Below the pieces are notes generated by a model. That model was not told the DNA's origin and searched no databases. It worked only from the letters and a program-made list of their open reading frames with translations. Below, piece after piece: positions 1 to 13,272 of a stretch of 64,000 nt of DNA. Position numbers and translations under genes: made by a program. The stretch's first letter is position 1. Each line of letters begins with the position of its first letter. Source of the stretch: Ophelia neglecta (Eukaryota); NCBI GenBank assembly GCA_965285935.1, contig OZ260662.1, positions 86,490,001 to 86,554,000 of the forward strand, given 5' to 3'.

Positions 1-894
1 CCACAACAAATAAAGCATGGCGCTGAAACAGGGGCAGGTCAAGAGGGTCAGGTTCTGGGGTCTGTTAAAATGCATTATTTACTAGGTTTTGTTTGCCGTA
101 AGCCAAAGCAAATTGTTGCAGTAATGACAAAGAAATTGACGACTAGGTACAATGCTCTGTGCTTTCTAGGACTCAAGAGCAAAGGCTTAACACAAATTAG
201 ATGGCTTTTGGGAGCTTTTCGAGGTAGTCATGCACAGCATGCATCTGGTGGTTTAGTTTGGTGAGGATCTGCGCGTCCCCGAGGATGTAATATGGATCAG
301 ATGACACGAGAAGTATCGACGAGCAGACGTGATTAACCCTCTAGACCTCAGCTCCGTAATGTGCTCGAAACTCACTCTAATTAGGAGCAGTTCATCTGAC
401 ACGACTGAGAGGTAAGAAGCCAAGCACACAGGAAGAGAATACACACAATTGAGGTCATCTCACCCAGCTTTCTTATATCACTTGGCTCACCAGCCACACA
501 AAAGAGGAGACAAAATTGAGGTAACTCCACTCTTGTCCTTAATAGCTCCTTGTCGGCCACCCACATTTGATGGTGTCCCATTGTCTTATATCATTCCTTC
601 TTTATACTCGTGACTTCCCTCCCAGGGTAATCTCATACTCGATTGCTCATTTATCTCAAGAGCACGGATGAAGCCTCAACATCGTTTACATTACAACTAT
701 TATATACCTACTTCCAACCCTAGCTGTATATCCAACAATGAGGTTATTTATGATTGATGAATGGATGCATGCGGTTATTTGATGAATTTCCTTCAAACCT
801 ATTCGATGGATATCAGATACTTTTGTATCTCTAACCATAAAAATACAATGCGTCGATAGAACTGGTTCAAAGTGGTGTCGTATAAACCACTTAC

Positions 895-939
895 CTGATT
901 TAACCAACAATTGGTTGTTATGATCTGATTCTTCTCATC
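895..939 (-). CDS. Nicotinic acetylcholine receptor subunit, 45-nt exon (loop D / beta2 strand; probable exon 3)
   Basis: Minus strand reads tttttttctgtttccag|GAT GAG AAG AAT CAG ATC ATA ACA ACC AAT TGT TGG TTA AAT CAG|gtaagt = DEKNQIITTNCWLNQ. It directly continues ...QIIDV of the 62-kb exon (conserved QIIDVDEKNQ motif), phase 0/0. The 45-nt size equals that of exon 3 in alpha7-type genes. Confidence 0.95.
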
Positions 940-3900
940 CTGGAAACAGAAAAAAAACACATTAGGATAAGCCATGCCTACTAGAAAACTAATACAATAC
1001 ATGTTAGTGGATATTGCTGCCAGCAGACATATCTTACTAATTGGTGCTATCATGTACCTTAAATCGTCTTATTTTTATGTACAAAATATAGAACATAGAC
1101 ACCCTTTTTGCAAATATATCCATTTAAACATCATGCAGTTTGAAAATAGTGCAATGCATTTGAAAGTGTCTTATTTGGCGTTGAAAGGGTTTATTTTATT
1201 GAAATGTTATTTAAATAAGCCAGGAGGTAAGTTCTATTCTATATTAATCGGAGAGTCGCTTTCGTTTGTGTCTAACTCAAAAAGCTGTAAAACATTTGAA
1301 GAAAAGAAGGCCACAGTGTGTTTAGCACAAAGGCATATAGTTGTCATGAGTTCCTTTCTGTAACTTGAACAGCACCGGCAATAGCAAAATAACAATCCAA
1401 AAAATGACGGAATAATGTCATTGGAATAAAACCCGTTTGGCCATAACCAAATTATTTGCATAATCTTTATTGTATCGCAGTTGAAAACACACTTCCAGTT
1501 TCTGTGCAATTTATGAAAATTGGGTTCGTATTTGGTGATACAATTGTTTTGCTATTTGCGAGTTGCCCGTGGCTGGCATATTTGGAATATTGATATCTTT
1601 TTTGGACATTACTGTAATGGCTTGGTCCGCCTGGTGCCTTTCTCTGAAAGCCCCAAGCGGACTGTTAAGCAGCAAGCCTAACAACAGCACAATTCATATA
1701 TACATCTCCAGTAGTACGACCACACACAAGCTACTGCCAGAGAGAGAATACAATAAACTTTTAATGTTGTTTTTTCCGATTAAGACAGTATGTCGTTAAG
1801 CATATAGTACATGTATATTACTGTAGAGAACCACATTTTTTGGCACATTCAATTTTCGCATGAAGAGCGATGCCCAAATTCGTGAACTATTAGGGCCTAT
1901 ATCTCAGTAGCTTACGACCACAGCTTCTCAAAATCATAAAAGTAGAATAGGTAACAAATCTCTAATGACTAGTACCGTGGAAATTCAGCTAGCGCAAGAT
2001 AAAATTGATTTTTAAAACTCGACTTAGACTGGTATTTTGGACTGGTTAGCCAATACAATAACAATAACTGTGTCGATCAAGCGCTAAAACCAACAATGAA
2101 ATCCAGAAAGACACTAATTTTATATTAAATCCCATCGCTCAGGGGTCTTAGCTGGTGCTGATTGCGCCAGATCAACGCCCGTTCTTCCCTTATCTATTTA
2201 ACTATTCCAAGGACGAAGCTATCTTTTTCTGCGCTGGTATAGTAATTTTATGCCAAGTGATGAATAGCTAGTTGCTTTAATGTGTCAATGACACTGCTCT
2301 ACACTACGGAAATTTGCGTCAATTAATCTACGGGCTTAATGTAAATGAATAGAAAAAGAAATATGATTGATGGAAAACTGTCATCGGATCAAATAGATTT
2401 CATGTACAGGTTAATCTGTTAGGATGCTATTTCCTACAGCAGATGAAACTACCTTGCGTCAAGTCCCTGCAAAAGCGTTCACCTAACATATCATGAGCGC
2501 TTCAATCCAGATTTACGTGCGCGCACAGAAAATGCGCGCGAGCGAAACAATCGATAATGGCCTTTTATTTTTAGTTACTATGCATGGACGTTTCTCGGTT
2601 ATCGTACCAAATAAATATATTTATTATATAACAAAAAGACCATGCACTATACATGCATCTATAATTCATGCGATTGAAATTTCAATGTTTTAATCCTTAA
2701 TGATAGAAAAGGGAGGTTGAAAATGTCGACCCAGCCAGAAATTAATAGCGCAGCCCTGTGGTAAATAGTCACAATGTCATTCATTATGATTACAGATATA
2801 TAATTGTTTTTAATTTGTAACTGGCCCTCATTAAAACTTGGGACACGCGTGTCATTCCGGATGAGATTTCTGTCAGTATCTGCAAATAGTTATGCCTGTC
2901 ATTGATTTTGGAGATTTTCTGCTTTGGAAAGCTGATACGCATTGCAATAAGAAGAATCAAATCATAAAATTTAAAACAAGTATTCATCACTTTTTACTCC
3001 AAAAATAATATCATAATATATTCTGCTGTGCATGGTCAATAGGAAGAAAACTACGTTGACGATTTTAAAATGCTATCAAGACCTAAAGTGCTTATTTCTT
3101 GGCAGGTTCCACATCCGGACAATTTTACAATTTTGGTATATTGTTTATGTGACAGGGGCTTGCGGAGGCGTTTTCGAGATGCTTTAGAAAGTATGTTCTA
3201 AATGAGAAAAATGTCGCCGACTTGTATGATCTGGTAATATGAGAAGTTATCTATAAGTCAATGACACGCCTGGCAAGAGATAATAAGAGACTTTTGGCCT
3301 TGGTATTCAGATTCCTGACGTAAACAAAAATAATATATAGACAGAATAAAAAAACCGTTGACTCGCGAAATATCACGAGAAACAAATGAATTTTAAGGCC
3401 TAAGCTTCTATAATTTCCTTCCAACAAAATTGTGGGTATGTTGCATTGAATAAGATTTTGCGTAAAGGACCTCCTAGTACAGACAATATATGATACCCCT
3501 CAAAAATCGTCATATTAAAATCCACTACATGGACGATTTATACAGTTAGAAAAATTAGACGATAAGCAAAAGGTCACTGAATTCCCCTTGCCGTTTAAAA
3601 TGAATCAGGCACCACATACAATAAATCTTATTCAATACCTGCTGACAGCTAATTAATGGTAAAAATTGGAGAACATCATGGCTGTTAATATTAACCCGTT
3701 CTATCTATGAGAGCGGGGAATAATGTACCCTTGGGCGGCACTGCAGCTCTTGTCTTTTGCATCTCAATAAAGGTAATATACTATAACAAGACCCAGGATA
3801 TGGGCGGCCCCTACACAAAGATTCTCGGCACGTTTTCCTGGTTGTCAGGGTTCAAGATTACTACAGCCAATGTATAGCGGCTCAAAATTGCTGTGAATAG

Positions 3901-4399
3901 AAATAATCCTTCATCTGTATAATTGGGGAAATATATTTGAAGGCCACATTTTCACCAAGTCAGGCCATTTATCAAGCGGAAGATAAACAGAAACATTGAG
4001 CCCCAATCCCAGATATGATATCTTTGGACAAGACCGAAGTTGATGACCAGCCATTGATCAAGAAGATAGACTCTGTCAGGCGGAATTAATGGAATTTTTA
4101 ATGTTTCTACTTCTTCGTCCACCGATAATATATTTTTAGTCATAGATTCCAGTAAGCTTTATGTCGTGGACTTTTCATATACTCTAATATCACAAACTGA
4201 TCGTAAGTACAGAGTTGAAGTTAGTCTTTAAAAAATGGGAATAAAACAAAACAAAAACATTAATTGGATTTTGTAAGCGCTTATTTTGCCTTTTGAAGCA
4301 CCATGATCTGCCTAAGACAAAACAGCCTGAATACGGCGCTGTAACCCGAAATATGAGACGCACTCACAAGTCAAATTGGTAATTAAGTTATTGATAATA

Positions 4400-5000
4400 A
4401 GACCATCTTGGGTGGTGTCCCATTCCAAGTGGGTACACCCGGATGAGCTGCACCGATGTCTGTAGGCATAGCCGCATCCGACTACCCAATGAGAGCTCTT
4501 CCATACCCGAGAACCCTGCAGGTGTTTCCGCGCTCAGTCGTTTTGTTCTAAGAGAACCTTCATCTTATGGTCTCTGTAGAGCTCCATTAACACGCGCCCG
4601 GCGGGGAGGATCATCCATCAAACCCACAAAATACTCCTGACCGCTGGGTGGAAAATTATCAGTACCAAACGCCAGTAAATGTGGTTGACTTCCAAGCCAT
4701 CCGAGTAGGACTCCGAAATAAGCCGTTTCCACCCGAACGGCCCAACAAGACACACCAATGGGGATAATTGGTTATATGCCTGATGGCGAGGATGATTGCT
4801 GCCAATTTGCCTAGTTAGTGACTCACCCCTCGGCTTCTTTATTTGTCAACAGGCCACCGGGGCGTTTCTGTCGCTTAGCATGTAGCTGAGTAGAGACATA
4901 CGGACAGAACCATTCACATGCTCCGGGCAAGGCTTCCGGCAAGACTTCCTGGACTCTAGAGACGAAGATAAACTCGCTCCGATGTATCTACATTCATTCC
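4400..5000 (-). mobile_element. Possible 5' region of an RTE-like non-LTR retrotransposon (degenerate)
   Basis: GC-rich island with an abrupt left boundary. On the minus strand it ends in ...CCC ACT TGG AAT GGG ACA (PTWNGT), resembling the TWNVRT start of APE endonucleases. Weak. Confidence 0.3.
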
Positions 5001-5324
5001 CTGCAACTCCCATATGGGAGTATGTATGTATTTATTGCAAGAAATTTTGTGGAGAGCTTTCACCTTCCATCTGTGAAACAGCCCGAGCTCTTCTGACAAC
5101 CATGTGTGGACGGGTGAAGGATATGACGTTTAATATGCTACCTCCATTAAAAAAAGAAGTACATCAAATATCTCTTATGACACTAATACATTTTTTATCA
5201 GGCAGAAATGATGCATTGCATCCCTCTGACAAGTGGTTTCATGCGTAAGACGAGAATAAAACTTGAGCATTATATGAGGAATCCATTTGTCGTTTACGGT
5301 TTCTCGCACAATAGAAACTGTGTG

Positions 5325-5692
5325 GGTAGGGACGTGTTGTCCTCAGAAAGACTCTGAGTGGGTTGAGATCAATAGTCGTCCTCACAACAGACACCGAGTG
5401 GATAGAAACGTGCGGTCGCGCTCATTTTAGACACCGAGTGGATAGAGACGTGCGGTCGCGCTCATTTCAGACACTGAGTGGATAGAGACGTGCGGCTGCC
5501 CTCACTTCTGGCACTGAGTGGATAGAGACGAGTGGTCGCCCTCATTTCAGACACTGAGAGGTTTGAGACGTGCGGTCGCCCTCACAACAGACACTGAGTG
5601 GGTTGAGACGTGCGGTCGCCTTCACTTCAGACACTGAGTGGGTTGACACGTGCAGTCGCCCTCACAACAGACACTGAGTGGGTAGAAACGTG
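5325..5692. repeat. 40-bp minisatellite, ~9 copies
   Basis: Unit ~CTCACAACAGACACTGAGTGGGTTGAGACGTGCGGTCGCC; units start at 5381, 5421, 5461, 5501, 5541, 5581, 5621, 5661. Confidence 0.95.
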
Positions 5693-6699
5693 TAATCGAA
5701 CTGAATTGGCCATCACATAAGAGACTCAATAATAGCCAACTCATCATAAGTCTAATGTAAGCCATCATTGCTCGTTATTTATTCTAGGAAGATAAGGACT
5801 AGTTTATAAGCACTGGCCGATTCCATTAGATTAAAGCAATATGACCTTAAACAATGTAATACGTTATCTATAAAGGCCACGTAGCTGCATAACAAGTATC
5901 GACCATTTCCAAGTTTTGCGTTATCGTCAGGTGTCTGTACACAAAGTATAGTCATCCTCCTCACACTCTTTCACTGTGGCCTTTGTTTTTGCGAAATACA
6001 TTTAGGCCAACCAGTAGTTGAAGCCTAAACAGTTTTATACACTTATGTCACTTTTACGATATCGCCAGAATAAAGCTAAAGTGACATAAGTGACATTTAA
6101 GCCAAAATAAAATTTTGTTATGAAAATGACTCTTTATCTTTCTGTTAATAGCACTATCAGCAATAAAAATATATTGTTTCCCCAGAAACCACATGACCAT
6201 ATAACTATAAGGCTCCCAGCGATTCAGGTGTAACTTTAGCCATTTGTGTTTTAAGGGTCTGTGTAACTAATAGGCCAAAGATTGCTAATGATATGGTCCA
6301 GGTCGTTTAATATCTACAAATCTAACTTACCAATATTTTAATTAGAAGCGTATTTAACCACCAACGATGAGAAATTAACTAGTATTATTCAAAATTTGTA
6401 CTTGGCTTAGAAGTTTGGTTGCGCGCTGCACAGTTGACTATTCTGATGTTGTCAAATGTTACAAGATGTAAATATCTGAGAAATATCCTTGTGGTAGATT
6501 TTTGTTGTGGATCAGGCTAATTTGGGAAAAAAAACAACTCCATTAACCAAGCTGAATGCTTTGCAAGGCTACAAGTTATAAAACGGGGGCAGAATTAGAA
6601 GAAAGAGGTAAAACGGGAGTGGACACCCGAAAGTGGACGGATATAAAACCAAAATTAAAACACCGAATGCGTTGCAATGTGTGAGGAAATTGCAAGATT

Positions 6700-9600
6700 T
6701 AAGATCTAGGAGATGGCTGTATCAGACGCTAGCGCCTCTGTGCAGAAATATGTCTTTTACATTTCCACAAAAAGACTGGTTTTAATAGGCATAATAGAAC
6801 ATATTTGTTTTATATCAGGCGAGGTGCATCATGCGAGTCTGTGTGAAATTATTCTTATATAAAAACTCACGTAGTCTTGCATATGAAAACGTCTAGAAAA
6901 GAGAAAATTTGAAATGACTAAAGGAGAGAGCAACTTTACCAACAACTATATATTGAATTATATCTAATGAACCTTCTTCTGCAAAGTTTCATGTATGCAG
7001 TGCGTGGTAGGAAAAGAATATGTAATTCCTAAATTCAGTACTTTAGGTAACAGCCCCACGGTACATAGCGTAGTACACAGAATAAATGCACATGCGTGTA
7101 TGGCTAACACATGCGCGGATAAGTATATACATGTTATGATTTATAATTATAAAATAGCAACATCATGTTATTAAGTTAAACATTCAGACTGTTCACATTT
7201 CTTAAAAGCAATATATACAAAACCAGCGAAATCCTTTGTAACACGTTTAATTTCGGAGAATCATTAATTTGAGTATTCCCCTTTTGAAAGGCATAGAATT
7301 CAACGCTTGTCCTAAATTCAAACAGAAATATTTTGACATTTCCCAGTCCTTGATTTACCAACACGTGTCCAAAACCAGAGAAAGGTAAATTTATTCTTAA
7401 CACGCTTAATACGAGACTCTGCTAGCATCAACAAGGAACTCTTACCACCCTGATGGCTTTCTTTGCACTACCAGCCAATATCCTAGTGGCCATAGACCAA
7501 CAAAATCTGGAGGAAAACATCACAACCAAGTATTTGTAATATGTTACACATTAAAGTTGTTGGTCCATTTATAAACCATTTTACATCATCTAACAGGTCA
7601 TTTTCTTCAGTCCAGGAAGAATTCTATTTTTAGACATTTTGGTAAAGATTTTACCAATGGTACACAGGAGAGACATTCCTTTGTGGTTACTTTAAATCAC
7701 TCTTTGAACCGCCCTTGTGTAAAGGACTAATTATGGCGGTACACCACTGATTCGCATAAACGCCGGAATTTATGACAGAATTAAAAGACACATATATGGA
7801 CCTAAATTACCAATGTTCTTCTTCTACATCTTGTATGATATACCATCAACACCGGCGGTAAGTTATTTACCACACCAACCATTTCCTCCACAGAAATATG
7901 ATAATTCAGAGGAACGGGGGTATAGTTTCACAAAGAGCACAGCCATTTAATTGATTGTCGGCATAAGTTTTGAAAGCAAGAATATTGTCAGTGTCGCCTG
8001 ACTAAAACTTCAGCAAAGCGTTGAATTAATCGTGCCATTACCATTTAGTAATCATGAACTGCTAGAATTCAAATTCACTCATTGCTGCCCATAAAATATT
8101 TGTACATTTTGAACTTTTTCGGATACGATGTTAATTATTGTCCTTAATTGTTTTTATTGTCACACATTTTCTTCAAAGAGCGTTTAGAATTGAGTCAAAC
8201 TTACGCTCTCACTAGCCTTTTCATTAATATCTTAGTTACGTTAAATGGCAATTAACTTGTAACTGGGTAGTTACCTGACAGATGATCTCCATCAACACAA
8301 AAGTCATGTACACAATGAAAAAGTTTACTAGGGATAATAACATAGTCAACACCATAATATCCTCTAACTCAACTGTCCTAGAATTTAAGTCACCCAAAAC
8401 TAATACATTATCATTGTTTGACACATCATGTTCAAGATTATTTTGAAATTCAGTAACTCCACCTTTTTCTATCGAGGAAAATATCGATACAGGCATATCG
8501 ATACAAGCTATAACCATGTCCTCATTTTGGTTAAAGATATTTATAAATTCTGAGAAAAAATGTTAATTCAGTTTTCTGCAATATGGTACTATAATAATGT
8601 CACATTAAATAAGCCATGCGCATTCTTTGGCACGATATTCAAAGTAAATTCACGAAGTCTAGATACTGGATGGCCAGGTCGAATTCCTTCCCTTGATCGT
8701 TGACACCTTCCTTCCGTACAGCGCTATAGTTGACAGACATACGCTTACCAAATTGATCCAGAGAATGCGTATCTCCGTTGATGATAAGCTTATCGAAGCC
8801 TAAGGTGGCCTTGTCGCCTCTCTCTCTCTACAGTCGAGCATGATAGATAAGAGCTTTTCCTCGTTCCCCTCACACTCTCACTAAAATCTTGACTCACCTT
8901 TACATTCAATCCATACTTGTAGACCTCTCCCGCATTGTCCATTGTCATGGTCTTATCTTTTTAGCGCAGACAGCAAGCGATAATTGGGCATGTTTGGTTC
9001 CTTTTCTGCCAATACTGTGGGCACGTTCTATCGCAATAACTTCTGTGTCTGTAGCGTTTCCGATGCCCAGGTTATCTTCCATGATGTTTCTAACAAAATC
9101 TTCAGTTTTGTCCCCATATTTCACCATTGGTTTCCGGCACTCCAAAAATAGAAGATTATTACGCCTTGGTCTATCTTCGTGGTTCGATGTTCTGTAGTTA
9201 CTGGATATGACAATGGTTCACACTTAGTATCAATGATATCAACTGCACTTGCACACATTTCCATTTTTGTGTCTACCTCACTACGCGCTCTGTCAGCAAG
9301 TCCAGACGCATCTGTATGTCCTTCCGCGGTACCTTGAATGTCGTAATGTCTGAGCTAATTGTTTCATAGATTTATATAGAATTTTAGTAGCTCCAGTCTG
9401 TTACTCTATCTAGGTCTAGACTGCTGTGGTATGGGTAGATATCCGCGCCGTACTGCCCCTTTTTCTGACTTATTTCTGGAACACTGTTTTTCATCAGGAC
9501 TGACCTTGACTCTGGCCACAAAATGAGTACGGTTTCTTCTGGGCCGGCGAGGGGTACTTTAGCTGGACATTGTACTCGAACCGCCTCTACTCCGGGCTCT

Positions 9601-9790
9601 TTTCTAGCTTATTATCCTTTTCCATGTGTTTTGACGTTCCATCATCACCTCATTTACTACATTAGAGTCGAAGTATTCCCGAAATTTTAAACTTTTGTAG
9701 GTGTGTACTAATGTAAATTTTTCTATCAAATGAGCTATTTAAAGATCTATGGGTTAGAGGACTGTAGTTCTTTCGTCTCTCCTCATCCGC
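6700..9790 (-). mobile_element. Degenerate, internally deleted non-LTR retrotransposon (LINE) with L1-type ORF1 and APE-RT ORF2 (CR1/Daphne/Crack-like group)
   Basis: ORF1 remnants: RRNNLLF (~9165), EDFVRNIMEDNLGI..IAIERAHSIG (8945-9145), SQDFSESVR..ERGDKATLGFDKLIINGD (~8780-8895). Endonuclease motif VLVLGDLNSRT (~8375-8410). RT start VPLHKGG..NHKGMSLLCTIGKIFTK..EENDLLD..NGF (~7575-7730). This jumps directly to post-RT YKYL.VMFSS..AKKA (~7450-7540), so the RT core is deleted. Many stops and frameshifts. Confidence 0.88.
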
Positions 9791-12260
9791 CTTCAATCAA
9801 AAAACGTATTCAAGCTAACCCATTAGTCAGCCAGTAAATCAAATAAAATTGCTTATAGATGTGAGAACTGTTAGCAGAACTCACAAACAGGGCTACAATG
9901 TCACAGTAACCGAGCAAAACATGATCTTCTTTTAGTGCCCTTCTTTGGATTGACAATCAGTAGTTGATGTTTTTCGTTTAAAGGAAATGAGATGACGCTT
10001 GAAAGGCTTCAATTCCAGATATTCGTTTCCAATGCCATTCGCGTATTAACACTTGTCTATTAATAACGGACTATTTCCATTGACATGCGCACATTACAAT
10101 GCAACACCCGAACAAAAGGATGGTGAGTACGAACTTTGGTGCTATCCAGGGCCGCTTAGGATAATTATGCTATGGATTCAGCTGACACCAGTCATTTATC
10201 ACGGGGACTGACAGTTCCGTAGCAGTGTGCCTGTCAGATCATCACCAACAGCCGTCTCTTTACTGACCACCATCCCACTTCATTGTGGCCTCTTGAAACT
10301 AATTCTGCGTAGTTCGTTTTGATCCAATTGTCGACCAGTTTTCGGCGAGCACACACATGTACGCTTTAAAAGCATTATGGTCAAGGATAAAATGAGGCGA
10401 ATAAGGGATTCGTCTTAAATCAAGGAGCCGTTAATGTCTGGGACAAAACGAATTGTTGTGGGACAACCAGTCAGCCTCAGCACCGTTGTTTTAAAGCGCA
10501 GTTAAGATCGTCAAAGTTGATTAAATAATTACAGATATTTGAAAAACTGTTGACTTATTCTCATTGCAAGTGATTTAAATTTTAAGGTTTTTTGTAGTTA
10601 ATTACGTTAAAATTCTTGTTTCCTTATAAGGAACTGGGGATAGATGTCTATTGAGCTGCGGCTGCTGATGAATTTAGACCGATTAACCGAATAGTTCTTC
10701 AATAACGATTTGGTTCTGTCTGCCGGGTATCATCTACCGTTTTGTGATGGGTAGATGGCTGAACAGATTCGTCGGTTCAGCAAATAGATTCGGACCCGAT
10801 GAGAGTCAAACGAAGGTTTTTTTTTTAAACTGGTAAGCCATAAAAGCGCTTTTTTACAATCAGAATATCCCCCAATTGGATAGGCATTACCTGCTGGAAG
10901 AAACATCATTCTTTGCTCACTAGCTACAAACTAAGCCCGAAAATAATGGGGCATTTTGATATCACACTAAAATGAATATGTGCGCATCGTCCTTCATTGC
11001 ATAGCTTCATATGGCAACTAAGACCAATACTCGAATGCCAAGCGTGTCCTAAATTGTATATGAAATTCAGACAAATTGATTGCCAGGTAGAAAAAATATT
11101 CTTACATATTTTCCCATTTCTCATAGCAGTGACGCCACCATTTTCATGTGTGCTCCGAGTGGCAAGTACAATTAAGCAGGGTGCATATTACCAATTGACA
11201 GTGCTGTGTGACAAGTATGAGACTATAAACGATCTCCCCCGCTGATGTGCACGACTCGAGTCTAAACCTTCCCAAACGATGCGAAATGGTAATCTTGTTC
11301 TTTTAAGTTTCGCTTTTCAACTGCATGATATTTAATAAACTAGGCCACTATTACACTTTTTGTCACAATACAAGATGATATTGCCTAAGAATGTCGATAG
11401 GTGCTAGAAGCTAAATTGGCTCTGGAAAATAGCCCAAATGTCCCATTGGATACGTTATCAGTCGGATACATTTAATCATACGGGTGACGAGCCGTACAGC
11501 CATCGGTATTGAGGTACTCACATTTCGTCCAAATGAATGTCTAAGGAATCGTTTTATATGCATTAACGACCAATAGAATTGCTATCTACAATTATAATAT
11601 CACCCCATAGGCTAATCTTCAGCGTGAATTGTTTTCAGATTAAGAAAACGGCTATTTCTTAAATTGGACTAGCGTTTTTAGTGCCTTGCCAATCTGCACT
11701 CAATTGCGGTGATGAGTCTCTATTGATCAAGTGCAATGTTTTGGATGTCGACGGCGTACTGATGGATTGTTTACACAGGCTATCTACGTGGGGCACACCG
11801 TCGGTGTCAGTCAGACAGCAAGGACAACTGACGTGACATGTCACGAGATGACTGCTGATTGGGTGGTACAACCAGGCATGCAACACCCAATCATTACATC
11901 TCACAATCGGGACCACTGACACAACACTCAGCGATAGGATTGCTGGGTGTATGGTACGCCCAGGCAAGGAACATACAATACGGACCACTGATATGACACT
12001 CAGTGAGAGGACTGATGTGTGTGGAACGACCAGGTCGGGATCATACCGGCAGAGCCACTGAAAAGACACTCAGTGAGAAGCTTGGGTGTGTGGTACGACC
12101 AGGCGGGTATTATACAATTAGGACCACTGATATGACAATCAGTGTGATGCCTGTTGGGTGTGTGGTGCGGCCAGGCAGGGATCATACAATCAGGACCACT
12201 GATATGACAATCAGTGAGAAGCCTGCTGGGTATGTGGTACGGCCTGGTAGGGGTCATACA

Positions 12261-12433
12261 GGTGGCTCCTCGCGGAACTTAATGGGAGTCTCCTTGACAT
12301 ATTAGTAGTGTAAATTTACCATAAATAATGTATATATATAACATTAACCTCCAATATTTGTTGTACTTACCTGCCTATATCAATGTAAAAATTTGTCTGA
12401 ATAAATACAATACCATACTATACCATAACATAC
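12261..12433 (+). mobile_element. 5'-truncated LINE 3' end with (TACCA)n-like tail
   Basis: AT-rich 3'UTR-like sequence, AATAAA at 12400-12405, and tail tacaataccatactataccataacatac. Flanked by the duplication CATACA (12255-12260 / 12434-12439). Confidence 0.7.
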
Positions 12434-12741
12434 CATACAATCAGGACCACTGATATGACACTCAGTGAGAGGACTACTATGTGTGTGTTACGAACAGGCA
12501 GGATCATACCATCAGGACCACTGACAAGACACTCAGTGAGAAGCCTGCTGGGTATGTGGTACGACCAGGCAGGCTTCACACAATCAGGGCTTAACGCATG
12601 ACACTCAATGAGAAGCTAGCTGGGTATGTGGTACGAACAGGCAGACCTTATCCAATCAGGACGTCGCAAAATCAAAACCACTGCCATGACCCTAAACGAC
12701 AAGACCGCTGGGTGAGTGGAATAACCAGCCATGAATCGCAC

Positions 12742-13272
12742 ATTTAATTGGTTGATTGGTCGATTGATAGCTTTTATTTGATTCAGCAATGGTAAAAATA
12801 TATGGTGAAAGCATATACAATAATCGATCATGTTAATAAACAATTTACTGCATAATAAAGCTAGAAACGGGTACAGGATGTCACAGGCATTACTGAAAAG
12901 GGTGCGCCAAACAGCTTCAAGAGAAAACTCATTTGAATGATGGCCCTTTTTGAGCAAGAGCGACTATACCATAGCGCCAGTCAGAGAGAAATGTAAATAA
13001 AAAATAATCCGCATAGCCATGAATAAATAGTTAAATAAGCATTTAAGTTAATACTCGATAAAAATTAGGACGAGACATACAGCCAATTAATCTCTTTTGT
13101 ATCCATTTAACCGAAACAACTGATGAAACGGAGATAAGGTGTCTCTGTGTGACCTGTAGTCCGTACCATATGTAAAACATATTGCTTCATTCTGAGCACA
13201 CTGTAACCGTGACTTATTATTAGAGGATACACCATAATACCAAAATTTACAACCATAATCAAATAAGACTGT
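12742..13272 (-). mobile_element. 5'-truncated L2/Crack-type LINE 3' fragment
   Basis: ORF 13087-13293 contains FDYGCKFWYYGVSSNNKSRLQCAQNEAICF, matching the L2-group ORF2 C-terminal motif FDY....W.......RLQ..QN.A.R. Minus-strand AATAAA (12773-12778) is followed by a (CAAT)n-like tail. Confidence 0.85.

Noticed and set aside
4770-4830. TCCTCGC motif suggesting an HDV-like ribozyme in the putative RTE 5'UTR
   Set aside because: Could not form the P1/P2/P3 nested pseudoknot by eye; would need an RNArobo/Infernal search.
5325-5692. Regular repeat array resembling a CRISPR
   Set aside because: Whole 40-bp units repeat in tandem with no unique spacers; no cas genes; eukaryotic intron context.
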